Part shown: in pieces, positions 24,489-38,584 of the stretch
Numbering within the stretch: position 1 is the first letter of the stretch
Layout of the letters: each line of letters starts with the position of its first letter
Assembly (NCBI RefSeq): GCF_009914755.1
Contig: NC_060937.1
Source of the DNA: the human T2T-CHM13v2.0 reference genome, Homo sapiens
Strand: one strand, 5' to 3'
DNA length: 64,000 nt
The notes under the pieces: model-generated
The model's database searches: none
What the model was told of the DNA's origin: nothing
The model's input: the letters and a program-made list of their open reading frames with translations, nothing else
Program-made: the position numbers and the translations under genes

Positions 24489-24880
24489 TGTATTACTTAT
24501 CTATTGCTGTGAAACAGACAAATGTAGTGGCTTAAAACAACAATAAGCTGTCTTCTCCCACACAGCGGCTGTGGGTCAGGAGTTTGGGAGTGGCTCAATT
24601 GGGTGCTGCTGTCCTGGATTCTCATGCAGTTGCAGTTGAGATGTTGCCCAGCTCTGCAGGCCTCAAGGCCAGGGTCTGGGAGTCTGCTTCCAAGATGTCT
24701 CACCCTCGCAGCAGTAGCAGGAGGAGCCCTCAGCACCAGGACCACCTCAGGGCCGCTTGAGTATCCTCACACCGTGGCACCAGCTTTCGCCAGAGGGCAG
24801 GGAGTGACCTAGCTTCAGAAGTTGCCCCTTATTTCCATCCTCCTGGGGGTCACAGAAGTCAGTTCAGGGAGGAGAAGGTG
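24489..24880 (-). mobile_element. MLT1-family (ERVL-MaLR) LTR remnant
   Basis: TGTATT..TCTATTGCTG..AGTGGCTTAAAACAAC..TGTGGGTCAGGA..CTTCCAAGATG pattern typical of antisense MLT1. Confidence 0.65.
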
Positions 24881-24884
24881 GCAC

Positions 24885-25345
24885 GGTGGTGAGTGTCTGC
24901 AGGGGATCCTGTGGGAAAGCAGCGCAGTGGTGAGTGTCCGCAGGGGATCCTGTGGGAAGGCGGTGCGGTGATGAGTGTCCAAGGCGGCGCGGTGATGAGT
25001 GTCCATAGGGGATCCTGTGGGAAGGCGGCGCGGTGGTGAGTGTCCGCAGGGGATCCTGTGGGAAGGCGGCGTGGTGGTGAGTGTCCGCAGGGGATCCTGT
25101 GGGAAGGCGGCGCGGTGATGAGTGTCCGCAGGGGATCCTGTGGGAAGGCGGTGCGGTGATGAGTGTCCATAGGGGATCCTGTGGGAAGGCGGCGTGGTGG
25201 TGAGTGTCTGCAGGGGATCCTGTGGGAAGGCGGCGCGGTGATGAGTGTCCGCAGGGGATCCTGTGGGAAGGCGGTGCGGTGGTTGAGTGTCCGCAGGGGA
25301 GCCTGTTGGAAGGCCGCGTGGTGGTGAGTGTCCGCAGGGGAGCCT
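24885..25345. repeat. Minisatellite, 41-bp unit, ~11 copies
   Basis: GGTGGTGAGTGTCCGCAGGGGATCCTGTGGGAAGGCGGCGC. Confidence 0.95.
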
Positions 25346-25665
25346 GTTCTGGTTGCTTGGGCTGCTGTCACAAGAATGCCATGACCATGAACTGGGCAGC
25401 TTGTAAACAACAGGAATCCACCGCTCACAGCTCGGGAGCCTGGGAGTCCACCATCAAGGCCCTGGTAGGTTTGGTGTCCAGTGAGAACCACTTCTTGGCT
25501 GGTAAATAGCGTCTTCTTGCCGTGCCCTCTCCTGGTGGAAGGGCCAGGGAGCCCCTTTATCAGGGCACATACTCCATCCAGGAGGCTGTGCCTTCATGGC
25601 CCAGTCACTTCCAAATACCGTCCCAAGCAGGATTAGGAGGACCACATGTGAAGACGCCGCACAGC
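25345..25665 (-). mobile_element. MLT1A-like LTR remnant
   Basis: TTGGGCTGCTG..AAACAACAG..CTCACAG..GGGAGTCCA..ATCAAGG matches antisense MLT1A as I recall it. Confidence 0.7.
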
Positions 25666-28600
25666 CTTCCTGGAGGCTGTGTGCCCCAGCCCTGCCATCA
25701 GCTGCCTGCTCCCGCTCACGTCTCCCCAGTTCACCTGCCTCCAGTGCTGGTTTATAGAACATTTGTGTGACTTCTTCAGATGATCTGTAAACAGAGGCAG
25801 TCTAGGTGGTGTTTTGTTTTCTAATTTCCTTTATGGAAAGGAGAGTTTGCATTTCCCTTGTGATTTTGACACACATTGTATTATGAAATATTTTCAGTGT
25901 TTGTCAAACTCGGTGTGGGGTAAGCGCATCCCACCAAGATAGGCGCTTACAGGCAGCCAAGGAACCCACCGTGTGGTTTCCTTTTAGGTTGGATTTCCTG
26001 TCTTACAGCCTCATGTTCCTAGTTGGAAATTAAGGTTGAGACTGTAGCCAGGTGTGCATTTATTCATCCGCCAGCTCTGGAGAGGTCTGCTTTAGAGGCC
26101 CTGCGGCCCCAGAAGTCATGCCTCTGAGTCCGTGGTTCTTAGCTGAGGGTGGCTTTGCAGTGTCCGGAGATGATTCTGGTTGTCCCACCCAGGGTGAATG
26201 AAGGCTGAAGATGCCGCCAAACACCCTGCAGGGAGGCTGGCCCCTGACAGAGCCGTGCAGGCGGCAGCGGCAGCACTGTTGCTGCGGCTGAGACAGCGCA
26301 GGGCGTCATTCATCCCCCTGCCTCCTGAGCCCAGAGCTTCTCCAGGAGAAAGCTGAGGAAAGGGGCCAGCCGTGAGCTGCGGGTGCTTGCCAGGGATCTG
26401 GTGACACCTGGGCATGTGGCTGGTGGAACCAGCAGGCCAAGGCTGTGGATTTTGAAGTGCTGTCTGCCATTTCCACTTTCAGAAGCATGAGTTGCATAAG
26501 GAAGGGGAATGAAAGGGTTTTTCCTGGAGCAAAATGATGCTTGTGGCAGACACAGTTGGAACCACAGACGATGCCACGCTTGTGTCAGCAGTGCGACACT
26601 GGCCCACGTGTCGTCCTTGTTCTCTCCTCATTGCTGCCGTCACTGTGTGCTGCGCATGCCCTGCAGTTACCCCAGAGCTTTATGTCACAACATTGAGGCT
26701 GGCGGAGAAAGACCGGCCCCTTCACCCCACCTTAGACTTCCTGGAAGGGCCGCCCGGGTCCACAACCTGGCCCGTTAACTCCCTGGGCAGCTGCTGGGGA
26801 GGAAGAAGCACTGCCCGCAAGGAGGGGCTGTGCCAGTGGGTGGCGGTGACGGGGGCCAGTGGTTTCCTGGACCTGGGTTTCCTGGGTGTGGGCTACTCAG
26901 GGATTGCTGAGTTCCCATCCCAGCCGGAGCTGACCACCAAGTCGACGGGGCAGAGTGAGAAACATCCAGGCCACCTGTGCCGCAGCCCCCATGGCTGCCG
27001 AGGTCTCCCCTGGGCAGGGGCAGTTGGTGTTCTCGCAGGGCCTGTGTTGGTGCATATGAGGAGTGTTTTCTGTGAGCAGCGGTGGAACATTTACAGACAC
27101 GAGCGTCACAGTGGCTGGGCAAGGCCCGTGGCTGAGTGCACGGTGGCCCTGGGCGGGGCTCCTCTGTTGGGGCCTGACTTGCTGGCATTTCATGGAGGCC
27201 GCAGGCAGCCGCTCTTCCTGGGGGTCTTCCACATGCCCTGCAGGCATGGGGAGGAGCAGCCCCCACTCTGTCTCTGCCCATCAGGCTGCCCCCGCCAACA
27301 GAAAAAAGGCACTGTGCCACCCGGGGCAGTGCGTTCCCAGTGCCAGTCCCTGGCCCTGTACTTTTTAGCAGGCGCTCATGCTCATCCTGGTGAGGGAGGG
27401 CGATAGACAGGGACAGCGGTGCAAAATGGCTTCAGAGCCTGAACCACGGTTGCCACAGGCTGGGGCTGGAGTGCAGACACCATACAGGGGAACTGGGCAG
27501 AGCCCTGGCTGTGCAGGCGGGAGGGCAGTCATCCTCCACAGCTGGGACTTGCTCCGTCAGACCCCCAGCAGGGCTTCCTCCAGCTCCACGCACACGGGGC
27601 TGGAGCATGCTGCACTCCCACACAGATGCTCGAGCTGGGCCCAAGCCTGACCAGCCCTGGCCGAGGCCCTTGACTCCTGGCCTCACCCACCACGCCTTAA
27701 CCTCCTGGCTGTAACTTCCTGGCCTTACCCTTCTGGCCTTACGCACCTGGCTGTTCTCTCCTGGCTGACCCACCTTGTGTTTAACTTCTCGGTCTTACCC
27801 AGTGTGCTTGCTTTCACCTCCTTGGTCATAGTCACCTGACCTTAACCTACTTTGCTGTAGTGTCTTGGCCTTCATCTCCTGTGGGTTCTAGCCCACCATA
27901 GCCACTTGGCCGTGTGTACCTGGCTCAGCCACCTGTCCAGACCCACTCGCCTTTTTCTAACTGGCCGTACCCTCCTGCCCTTTCTCTCCCAGGCTTAACG
28001 TCTCGGCCTTACCAACCTGGCCTGGATGGTAGTGCCCTCATGGTGACCAGGACATCTAGCGTCTCACACCTGTAACACACTAATGGGTGCCAGCACAGAG
28101 CCACGCATGCCGGCCTTCAGGCACCATCGTTGACCGCACGTCATGCTTTTCCTGGTGTCGTATGTTTGTGCCAGCGTAGCCCTCTGCGGGGCCTGTGCCG
28201 GTGCTGTGTCAGGTGTGGTGGCCTCAGAGCGCCTCCTGGGTGCAGTCAGGTTCTTGCTCCACGGCTCTTTTCCTTGATATTGCGTCACACGCCGTCTGTG
28301 GGCCCCTGGGGGTGGTGGAGCCTTGATCCCAGCCCCTTGGTGTGGCCAGTGGGATGCAGCCCCCCTGCACATCCTACCTCACCTGGCTCTGTGTGCAGGT
28401 GGTCAATGGGACATCCACCCACCTCCCAGCAAGTCCCACAGCCAGGGCTGGGACGGTGCCTGCTGGACAGCTAGACTCAGAAAGTGCAGTTGGACCCGGT
28501 TGGAACGGCAGTAGTGACTGTCTTTTTTTTTTAGCGTCCTAGGATGTGAACTTGCCGTGGTCCTCGGGCTTACGGGCAGCCCTGGCTTTCCTCATCTTCT

Positions 28601-28692
28601 GTGGGGAAGTGGAGTTGTGAAGATGCCCAGGAAATTGCCCAGTGGTCTTGCAGTGGTCGTCTTGCTGGGCTTTGAGTCTTGGCTGCCTCCCC

Positions 28693-28819
28693 TGTGTCCC
28701 CTGACTGTTACCTGGGTGGCACCAGGGGGTCTTGGCGTCTCCTTGTTCCCATGGTGTGTCCCCTGACTGTTACCTGGGTGGCACCAGGGGGTTGTGGCGT
28801 CTCCTTGTTCCCATGGTGT
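28693..28819. repeat. 62-bp tandem duplication (2 copies)
   Basis: TGTGTCCCCTGACTGTTACCTGGGTGGCACCAGGGGGT..GGCGTCTCCTTGTTCCCATGG twice. Confidence 0.9.
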
Positions 28820-29164
28820 TATCTACGGAAGGGTGCATTCGGGTGCCTTTACCCTCAGCGAAGGCAGCAACCCTCATCGCTGCCCCCCAGCCCCACTGCC
28901 TGAGGTGCGTGGCCTCCTGGGACCCTGGGTACTCAAGCATGCTGCCGTGTGTGTGCTCACACTCAGGCTGCCACGCCTGTGCTGCCAGCACGCCACTCCC
29001 AGAGGCCGCCCCTCCAAGGCCTCCTCTTGGGATGGCTTTTCCTTCGCAGAGCCCGGCCTCTGGGGACTGACATTTTGTTGGGACTAGGAAGAGAATAAAA
29101 GATTTCCATGGCTTTCTGGAGAAGCAGGATGAGGTTGACAGTTCTGATAGGAGTCCCCCTTAAT

Positions 29165-29750
29165 GTGTCTTGCCGTGTGGCTGTACCATTACGCGTGTGC
29201 TCTTGCCGTGTGGCTGTACTGTCATGTGTGTGCCCCTGCTGTGTGGCTATACTGTCATGTGTGTGCCCCTGCTGTGTGGCTGTACCGTTATGCGTGTGTG
29301 TCCTGTGTGGCTGTAGCATCACTCATGTGCCTCTGCCATGTGGCTGTACCATCACGTTTGTGTGTGCTTGCTGTGTGGCTGTACTGTCACGTGTGTGCCC
29401 TGACGTGTGACTGTACTGTCATGCGTGTGCCCCCACCGTGTGCTGTACCATCACACGTGTGACCCCGCTGTGTGGTTGTGCCATCATACGTGCCCCCACT
29501 TTGTGGCTGTGCCATCACACATGTGCCCCCGCTGTGTGGCTGTGCCATCACGTGTGCCCCCGCTGTGTGGTTGTGCCATCACGTGTGCCCCCGCTGTGTG
29601 GTTGTGCCATCATACGTGCCCCTGCTTTGTGGCTGTGCCATCACACATGTGCCCCCGCTGTGTGGCTGTGCCGTCACGTGTGTACCCCTGCTTTGTGGCT
29701 GTGCCGTCACACGTGTGTCCTTGCTGTGTGGCTGTACTCTTACCTGTGCC
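29165..29750. repeat. Degenerate minisatellite, ~31-33-bp unit
   Basis: TGTGGCTGTGCCATCACGTGTGCCCCCGCTG-like units. Confidence 0.9.
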
Positions 29751-30079
29751 ACACTTAAATAGAATGTGTTTAACATTCTATTGTGAACATTTTCCTCATC
29801 ATTACAATCTTGATTTTTCAAGACTGTGTGGATTCTGTAAGTCATGGCTAATTCCTGGTGGACGGTGCTGTTTTGGCCCTGTAGGTGCCATGGTGATAGT
29901 GACATTCCTTCTCCGGACCTGGCGTTCTCCTGGTTGTTCCTGGAGTTGCTTGCTTAACTGTGGTCCTTCTGCCTTTTTATGACGTTATTTGATAGAACCC
30001 TTGAGGGTGGTTTTAAACACCCCTAGTTTCGTAGCCCTTTTAGCTGTCATATTTATTATTGTTTTGTTGCTTTTCGCAG

Positions 30080-30146
30080 GCCGGTCTAATTGAAGCCAAC
30101 GGAGAACTCAAGGTCTTCATAGACCAGAACCTTAGTCCCGGGAAAG
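30080..30146 (+). CDS. TFDP1: TFDP1 exon 3 ([22 protein letters not shown])
   Basis: ttttcgcag|GCC ... AAAG|gtaagg; 67 nt. Confidence 0.96.
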
Positions 30147-31911
30147 GTAAGGGCACCTGTTCTGGACACACTCTTGTGTTGATGAATGCATGAAGCTTCA
30201 CATGTTTATGAAGCTGTTGACGCTGAAGCCTCTTGCTAATGATGGCATCTCCTGCATGGGCACCTTTGTGCTCCGGGAACCCAGGAGGGTGGGCGTAGGA
30301 GCCTTCTAGCATTTAGAACACAGCCTGCACACACACCAGTAGCTTTGTGGATTTTGAATTCTAAGGTATGTATACTATTTGCAAAAGTTTAGAAAAGGTA
30401 GAATATTGTAAAGAAGAAATAAAGATAGTTTGTTTTCTCTCCACCCAAAGATAATGACGTTTCAGCTGTGGTGTGGGCTCTTCCAGAGGCCGGCCTCACC
30501 TGTGCTGTTTGAGGAAAGATGGGCCTACCATGGTGCATGCCTTCTGCGAAGCAGGCACTTGCCACCTTTAACGCTTCGCGTGTGTATTTTACTAGCTCTT
30601 GAGGAAGAGCCGTTTTTCTTGTCTTGGGGAATCCAGGGGAGGAAGTCAGCTGGAGAGGTTGAAGCCACCTCTTCCAGGGTCCCACGGTTGGTAGTTTCCA
30701 TTTTACACCTCGGAGTGGTGCTGTGGTTTACGTTCGTGAAGGTGTGTGTGCTCACCTGGTTACTTCCTGGGTAAACTCCTTACCTGTGCTGGGTCAGGGC
30801 ACGCCATTTAGAAGCTTTGATGTGCGATGCTTGGCCCCTCGTGAGAGGCTGTGCTGTGTGGATCTGGGATTGCGTGCAGGGTAGTTCGTTGTGGTTTGTT
30901 GCGATATTCCTGGGAGACAAGCTTGTGGAAGAGCTTGCTTTGTCCCAAGACCTGTCTGCCTGCAGAGCCTAGTGGGTCCACTGAGTGCCCTGGTCGCAAC
31001 ATCCACGTGGTCGCATCAGCCCAGGGAGGAGCCCAGAGGCCTGGATGTGTTTCCGTTTTGGGTTCCTAAAAGGAACCTTAAGATTTTTCTAATTATTCCC
31101 ATATATAAAATTAGCTTTTTTTACTCTTAACATTGTGACCCTTGTAAGTGACCTCTCAGTGCTTGCCATGGCTCTGGGGCGTGGGAGTGTGGTGACCAGG
31201 CCCCCACCTCTCTGCTGAGGCTTGGCCTTGCCACCCGTCCCTTTCTGTCCAGTGCTGGTGCGGGCGCCCATGGTGCCATCTGCCTCCAACCCCTACATGC
31301 TGTGGATCCAGGTGTCTCCTTGGGGCCTGTCCCTAGGTCCTGCTCTGGTCTCTTCCTTGAGAGAACTTGGCTTTGTGACCTGAGCCAGCCTGCAGCCTCC
31401 CCAGCCTCCTGCTGTCCCCGGGCCCTGTCAGAGGGAGGTGGTGGGACTGGCCCTGCTCTTCTGCTGAAGCAGGTCCTTCCCTGCCGCTTTTCTAGGAATA
31501 GGGACCAAATCTACGCAGCCCTTTTGGGATTATTTATGAGCTTTTTGTCTTGATCATTTGAGGATTCACAGATTGCTTGAGAGAAATATCGTTTTAGTGT
31601 AACTAATTGAACACTTAAAAGTGGACAAGTTGCAGGCGTGACATTTTCTGTTCAAGTGGTGAAGCAGAAATAACAATAAAAAAGTTCACCATTTTATTTG
31701 CTTGGAAATGATGAAGTCTGTTACTATGGTGTTGAATTTGAATTTCTCTTGTTAGGTTACATGCAGTAGGCTTTCTTACCACATGTGGGCTGTCTCCTTT
31801 TCCATTCTTACTCACAAATCTGTGCTTGAATCTGTAACAAGTTTAATTGAGCTGAAGAGTTGAATTGCAGGGATTAGGAAGGAACATATTCTGCATTCAT
31901 GACATAGCTGA

Positions 31912-32397
<486 letters not shown>

Positions 32398-32579
32398 ACA
32401 CGTGGTTATTTTAAATTTGCTTTTGAATCAGTGACACGTTCATGTTTTTAAATTTTGAAGTATGAAAAGGTGCAGAGAGGTTTCCTTTTTTCCTCTTCTG
32501 TCCATGCAGGTGAGCACCAATGTTCACTTCCGGTGTTCGTTCCAGAGAATTCTGTTTAACAAATAGAATGGTTTGTTGG

Positions 32580-33372
32580 TGTTTGCATGTGTCTGTGTCA
32601 ATATGTGTGCATGAGTGTGTGTGAGGAATGTGTGTGTCACTGAGTGTGCATACGAGTGTGTGTGTGCATGAGTGTGTGTGTGTATGCGTGAATGCGTGGG
32701 TATGTGAGGAGTGTGTGTGCATGTGTGTCTGCGTGAATGCGTGGGTATGAGTGTGTGTGTGCATGAGTGTGTGTGTGTATGCGTGAATGCGTGGGTATGT
32801 GAGGAGTGTGTGCATGAGTGTGTCTGTGTGTATGCGTGAATGCGTGGGTGTGTGAGGAGTGCTTATCAGTGCATTGTGCGTGTGGAGTGTCTGTGCGTGT
32901 CTGTTCATGGGTTGCATATGTGTTGAGTGTGCATGTGTGTTGAGTGTGCATGAGTTGTGTGAGTGGATGTGAGTGTACCTGTGAGTTTGCGTGTGTGTGC
33001 ATGCGTGTGAGTTGTGTGCGTGTGTGTGCATGTGAATTGTGAGGAGTGCATATGGAGTGCATGTGTTGTGAGTGTGCATGAGTTCACGTGAGTTGTGTCA
33101 GTTGTGTGCGTGCGTTTGTGAGTTGTGTGTGAGATGTGTGTTGTGTGCATGAGTTGTGTGCATGAGATGTATGTGAGTTGTGTGCATATGCACGTGTGAG
33201 TTGAGTTGTGTGCATGGAGTGTTATGTGCGTGTGCATGTGTGTGTGTTGTGTGCATGAGTTGAATGAGTTGTATGTGTGTGTTGTGTGCGAGTTGAGTAT
33301 GATGTGTGTGCGTGTGTGAGTTGAGTGTGAGTTCTGATTGTGCGTGTGTGTGAGTTGTGTGTGTGTAAGCGT
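32580..33372. repeat. Degenerate (TG)n-rich simple repeat
   Basis: About 800 bp of TGTG/TGCATG/GAGT words. Confidence 0.93.
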
Positions 33373-33929
33373 GCAGTCCTCGCCTCCCCAACAGACACCT
33401 GTCTTCACTAGTGGGCCCCCCTTGCCTCTAGTTGGGAGTGGGGTGGTCCAGGCAGGGTCCTCGGCGCCCTTAGATGGAGCCGTTGCAGCTGCTTTTTGAG
33501 TTGCCCTCGGCGGTGCCAGTGAGCAAGGCTCTGCCTTCCTCCGTTTGTGCCCTGGGAGCCCAGGGCATGGTCGGTAGCACTTTGAGGGCTGTAGAGGCCT
33601 CCCTTGAGTCAGACCTTGAGGAAGGACAGGAGCTGTCCAGGTGAGAGTGGATCAGGGGAAGGTAGAGGGGACCAGCCCAGCCGAGGCTCCTCATGGGCCC
33701 CTGGCCCTGGTCCTGGTCCTCCCAGCTCCACTCCACGTCACAGCCTCCCGGGGCCACTGTGTCTCTTCCTGCTGCTGCTGTGGGGGGCCTGTGTCCAGTT
33801 CCCCACTGTGTCAGCGTTCTCTAAAGTAGCAGCCAGTGAGCGACGGGAACCTGGGTGGGGACTCACTACAGGACCCACCTAGCCATAGTGGGGCCGTCAG
33901 GGCGGAACCTGCAGGGTGGTTGGTGGTGA

Positions 33930-34121
33930 ATTCCTTTTCTGGGAAAATGCAGGTGTTGCTCTGAAAGCCTTCAGTGGGTTAGACGAGGCCCACCTGCATC
34001 GAGCACAGTCTCCTTTGCTTAACGGCTCCTCTTTGAGGAGCTCCGCGGCAAGTTCTCGGCTGGCCTTTGGCTGAATAATGGATAGAGCACCGTCAGGTTG
34101 ACACGTAAAACTGACTGTCAC
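33930..34121 (-). mobile_element. MLT2-family LTR remnant
   Basis: Minus strand begins TGTGACAGTCAGTTTTACGTGTCAACCTGAC, typical of the MLT2 start. Confidence 0.6.
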
Positions 34122-34705
34122 ACCCTTCGAGGCTTAGAAGGCTGCTTTCCACCCAGAGAAATGCACCAAACTCGAGACATTTTGCATCCACAGGCTCCCC
34201 AAGGATGGGAGTCCCAATGTGGAGGTTTGGCAATACATCTTACGTGGGCCATTTTAGTTGTGGCTGTTTGGGTTGCCTCTGATTGTTTCCTGAGAGCAAA
34301 ATGCTGGTGTGAACATTTGCACACACACTTTGTGTGTCTGGCAGTTCCACTTCCTCACCAGCATTTGGTAGTGGTGGGTTTTTAGGCTTTCTGTGTCACA
34401 GGTGGGCTCTTACTCATATCATGCCTACGGCCCCGCAGTGCTGATAGGAGCTTTTCCTCTCGCTTTGCCTGGTCCACCCTGCCCCTGTCTGAGGGTGACC
34501 TGGCCCCATGGCTGCCTGCACTCTCCTCCCTGATGTGTGCAATCCTGCCCGGCCTGTGCCTCGTCCTCAGGGAGGCCATCCGGGAGGCCACAGCTGGCCT
34601 GGAAGTGTGCTTGTCTGTCTCTACCTCAGGGCTGCTTGTGCACCTCCTGTACCTAGAGGTGATCCAGGCTCACTGAGAATCTGCCCACACTGTTCCACAC
34701 GTTTA

Positions 34706-35453
<748 letters not shown>

Positions 35454-36504
35454 TTATTTGCTGCCGTTTTCTCGTAGAGTGCTCATGATTTTTAACATAG
35501 TAAATCCGTGGAGAGCGCTCAGGTACAGATCATGGCTGTGTGCAGTGCAGGCTCACCGTCTGCGGCGCCAGGCCGGGTCCCTCGTTTGCTGCTCATCTGG
35601 GAGTGCCCAGCACATGTGGCCATTGATTATACATATCCTCTTAGCCCAGAATGACTGCTTACTAAAGAGCATCTCCCTTTGTTGTGTCTTTACTTTCCTC
35701 CTGCTTCAATCTCATATCTGTCGGCTTTAGGGTTCTAAGTGGAGGAGGAAATTTAGCAATGATGTGTGGTCAGAAGCTTAGTGTTGCTTACGTAATTCCT
35801 CACTCGTGACCGTCGCCTGTGAACTAACTGTGCCCCTTGCCCCCCGACACACGCACTGGTCTTTGTAGAGCTGTTAGGAAGGGGGTTATAGGAAGGGAGG
35901 GTATAAGTTTTGGTTGGCCTCTTCAAACTGCCAGCCTCCTACAAAACTGTCAGGAGAGGCCATCAGCTTTTTCTCTCTTTGTATTTCTCTGTTTTTAACC
36001 CGAAGGATGTTAAAAGCCCAGCCTCTGTTTTTAGCCCAGTCATGACATTTCTGTGGCCGTAACCCTTGTTCCAGGTGTGAGATGGTGACTCTTGGATGCA
36101 GGGTAGCCTCCCAGAGCTTTGTGTGTTTGTATAGAGAGGTTTGTGGGAGTGACTTGAGCCGTGCTGTGAACTTGGACTAGCACCCGTGTGTTCTCAGGAG
36201 CGGGTCCTGCTGGAGGCCCAGCCACGTCAGGCACAGTAGGTGTGTGATTTGTGCAACGGAGGCCTCTGATAACTGCCAGAGTAGATAGCTTTTGTGTGGG
36301 AGCTGCCTCAGCCTGCATTCCAGGAGCTCAGGTTTCCTGAGTCTGAATGGAGTCTGGAGAGAGCAATGTCTCCATGGAGCGGGTGCCTGGCTGTGGTCGC
36401 TTAGGCAGGAGCTTCCTCCTCAGTGCTGACAACAGAGAAGAACATTCTGTTGTGGCCAGTCAAGTGTGCACAAATGCTGCTTGCGAGCCAGTCACAGAGG
36501 CACT

Positions 36505-36788
36505 CACATGCAGAGCCGCTCACCTGCAGAGCCGCTCACCTGCAGAACCGTTCACCTGCAGAGCCCTTCACCTGCAGAACCGTTCACCTGCAGAGCCCTT
36601 CACCTGCAGAACCATTCACCTGCAGAGCCGCTCACCTGCAGAACCCTTCACCTGCAGAGCCGCTCACCTGCAGAGCCCTTCACCTGCAGAACCCTTCACC
36701 TGCAGAGCCGCTCACCTGCAGAGCCGCTCACCTGCAGAGCCGCTCACCTGCAGAGCCGCTCACCTGCAGAGCTGCTCACCTGCAGAGG
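36505..36788. repeat. Minisatellite, 16-bp unit, ~17 copies
   Basis: CACCTGCAGAGCCGCT. Confidence 0.96.
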
Positions 36789-37316
36789 GGTTGTGCTTGG
36801 CCAGATAAGCAAACAAAACATCTCCAGCATGGTGGGCAAAATAGTAACTCTTAGACATCTGGCTCTGACAACGTAAAGATGTTAAAATTGTTTTTCAGAA
36901 AATACAAAACTGTATGGTTTCATAATTTATCTTAAGCCCTATAGATATTAATAGAATAGGATTAGTAATGATAAAAACGTGAATACTATATTTAGACTCC
37001 TTTTTCTGTTAATGGATTATAGCAACTGAGACCATATATATTCTTAACTAGTTTTCTTCCCAAGAAAGGAATTCTCCATTTAAAATGCTGTATATAAAAT
37101 GTTTTTAATTAGTTCATTTGAAAAACGCTGTGTAGTGCCTTTTACAGTTGAAACAATATTATTTCTATTGAGTTGGCTTGTGGGCCATGTCTTCATGTGA
37201 CTCAGCTTGTCCCTGAAATGTTAGCCCTCCTCCCTCCCATGCATAGATTGTGTGGCAGTCTTATCAAGAAAATGTGTGGAACACTCTACTCTACTTATAT
37301 TGCCAGATTAAAACTA

Positions 37317-37628
<312 letters not shown>

Positions 37629-38228
37629 TTGAAATAACATTCTATCCTGAGGTGGACAAAAAAAGTGGTGGGGAGCGGCAGCCTGGCTGCCACTGGTGCG
37701 TCTGGCCTGGAATGACCACTTGGGGAGCTGGGTGGACTCTGGGACAGCGGCCGCTGGGACCCGGGCTTCCCTGGTGGCAGGTGTGCCGAGGAAAACACAC
37801 AGCATGTGGTTCAGTAATAACAAACAGCATTTTCATATGACATCTGTGTTCATATGACCACTTTATTATAATGGCATAGCATAACAGCATTTAAGGAAAT
37901 CAGCCTGACGGCTCTATGTATGGGTAAATCTGAAACACAATGTTGGCAGAATTGCAGAATGCGAGCCATATAATATTTGTCTGTGTTTCAGACGCACACA
38001 AAAACAATCATTTATAGCCTTAGGTTCAGCACATCCTGGAAAAGTATGAAAAATAAAGTGAGTACGTCCCTGCAGGCCCTGGGAGTTGCACACAGGGCAG
38101 ACTCGGGGGGAGGCTGAGGATCCTGGGGACTGTAATTTTATTTCTGCTCTTTATGTCTCTATGAAACTTGAAGCAAGTATGATGATAACAGTGAATTTTA
38201 AGTGTACTGGAATAAAATTGTCATGTTA

Positions 38229-38584
<356 letters not shown>

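Noticed and set aside
25920-25950. Short inverted repeat GTAAGCGC...GCGCTTAC
   Set aside because: An 8-bp stem is expected by chance in 64 kb and is too short for a miRNA precursor.
26534-27406. 290-aa intronic ORF
   Set aside because: No recognisable motif or exon structure; such ORFs are expected by chance in GC-rich intron.
27650-28020. Degenerate CCTGGCCTTA(A)CC-like repeats
   Set aside because: Too decayed to define a period by eye; treated as low-complexity sequence.
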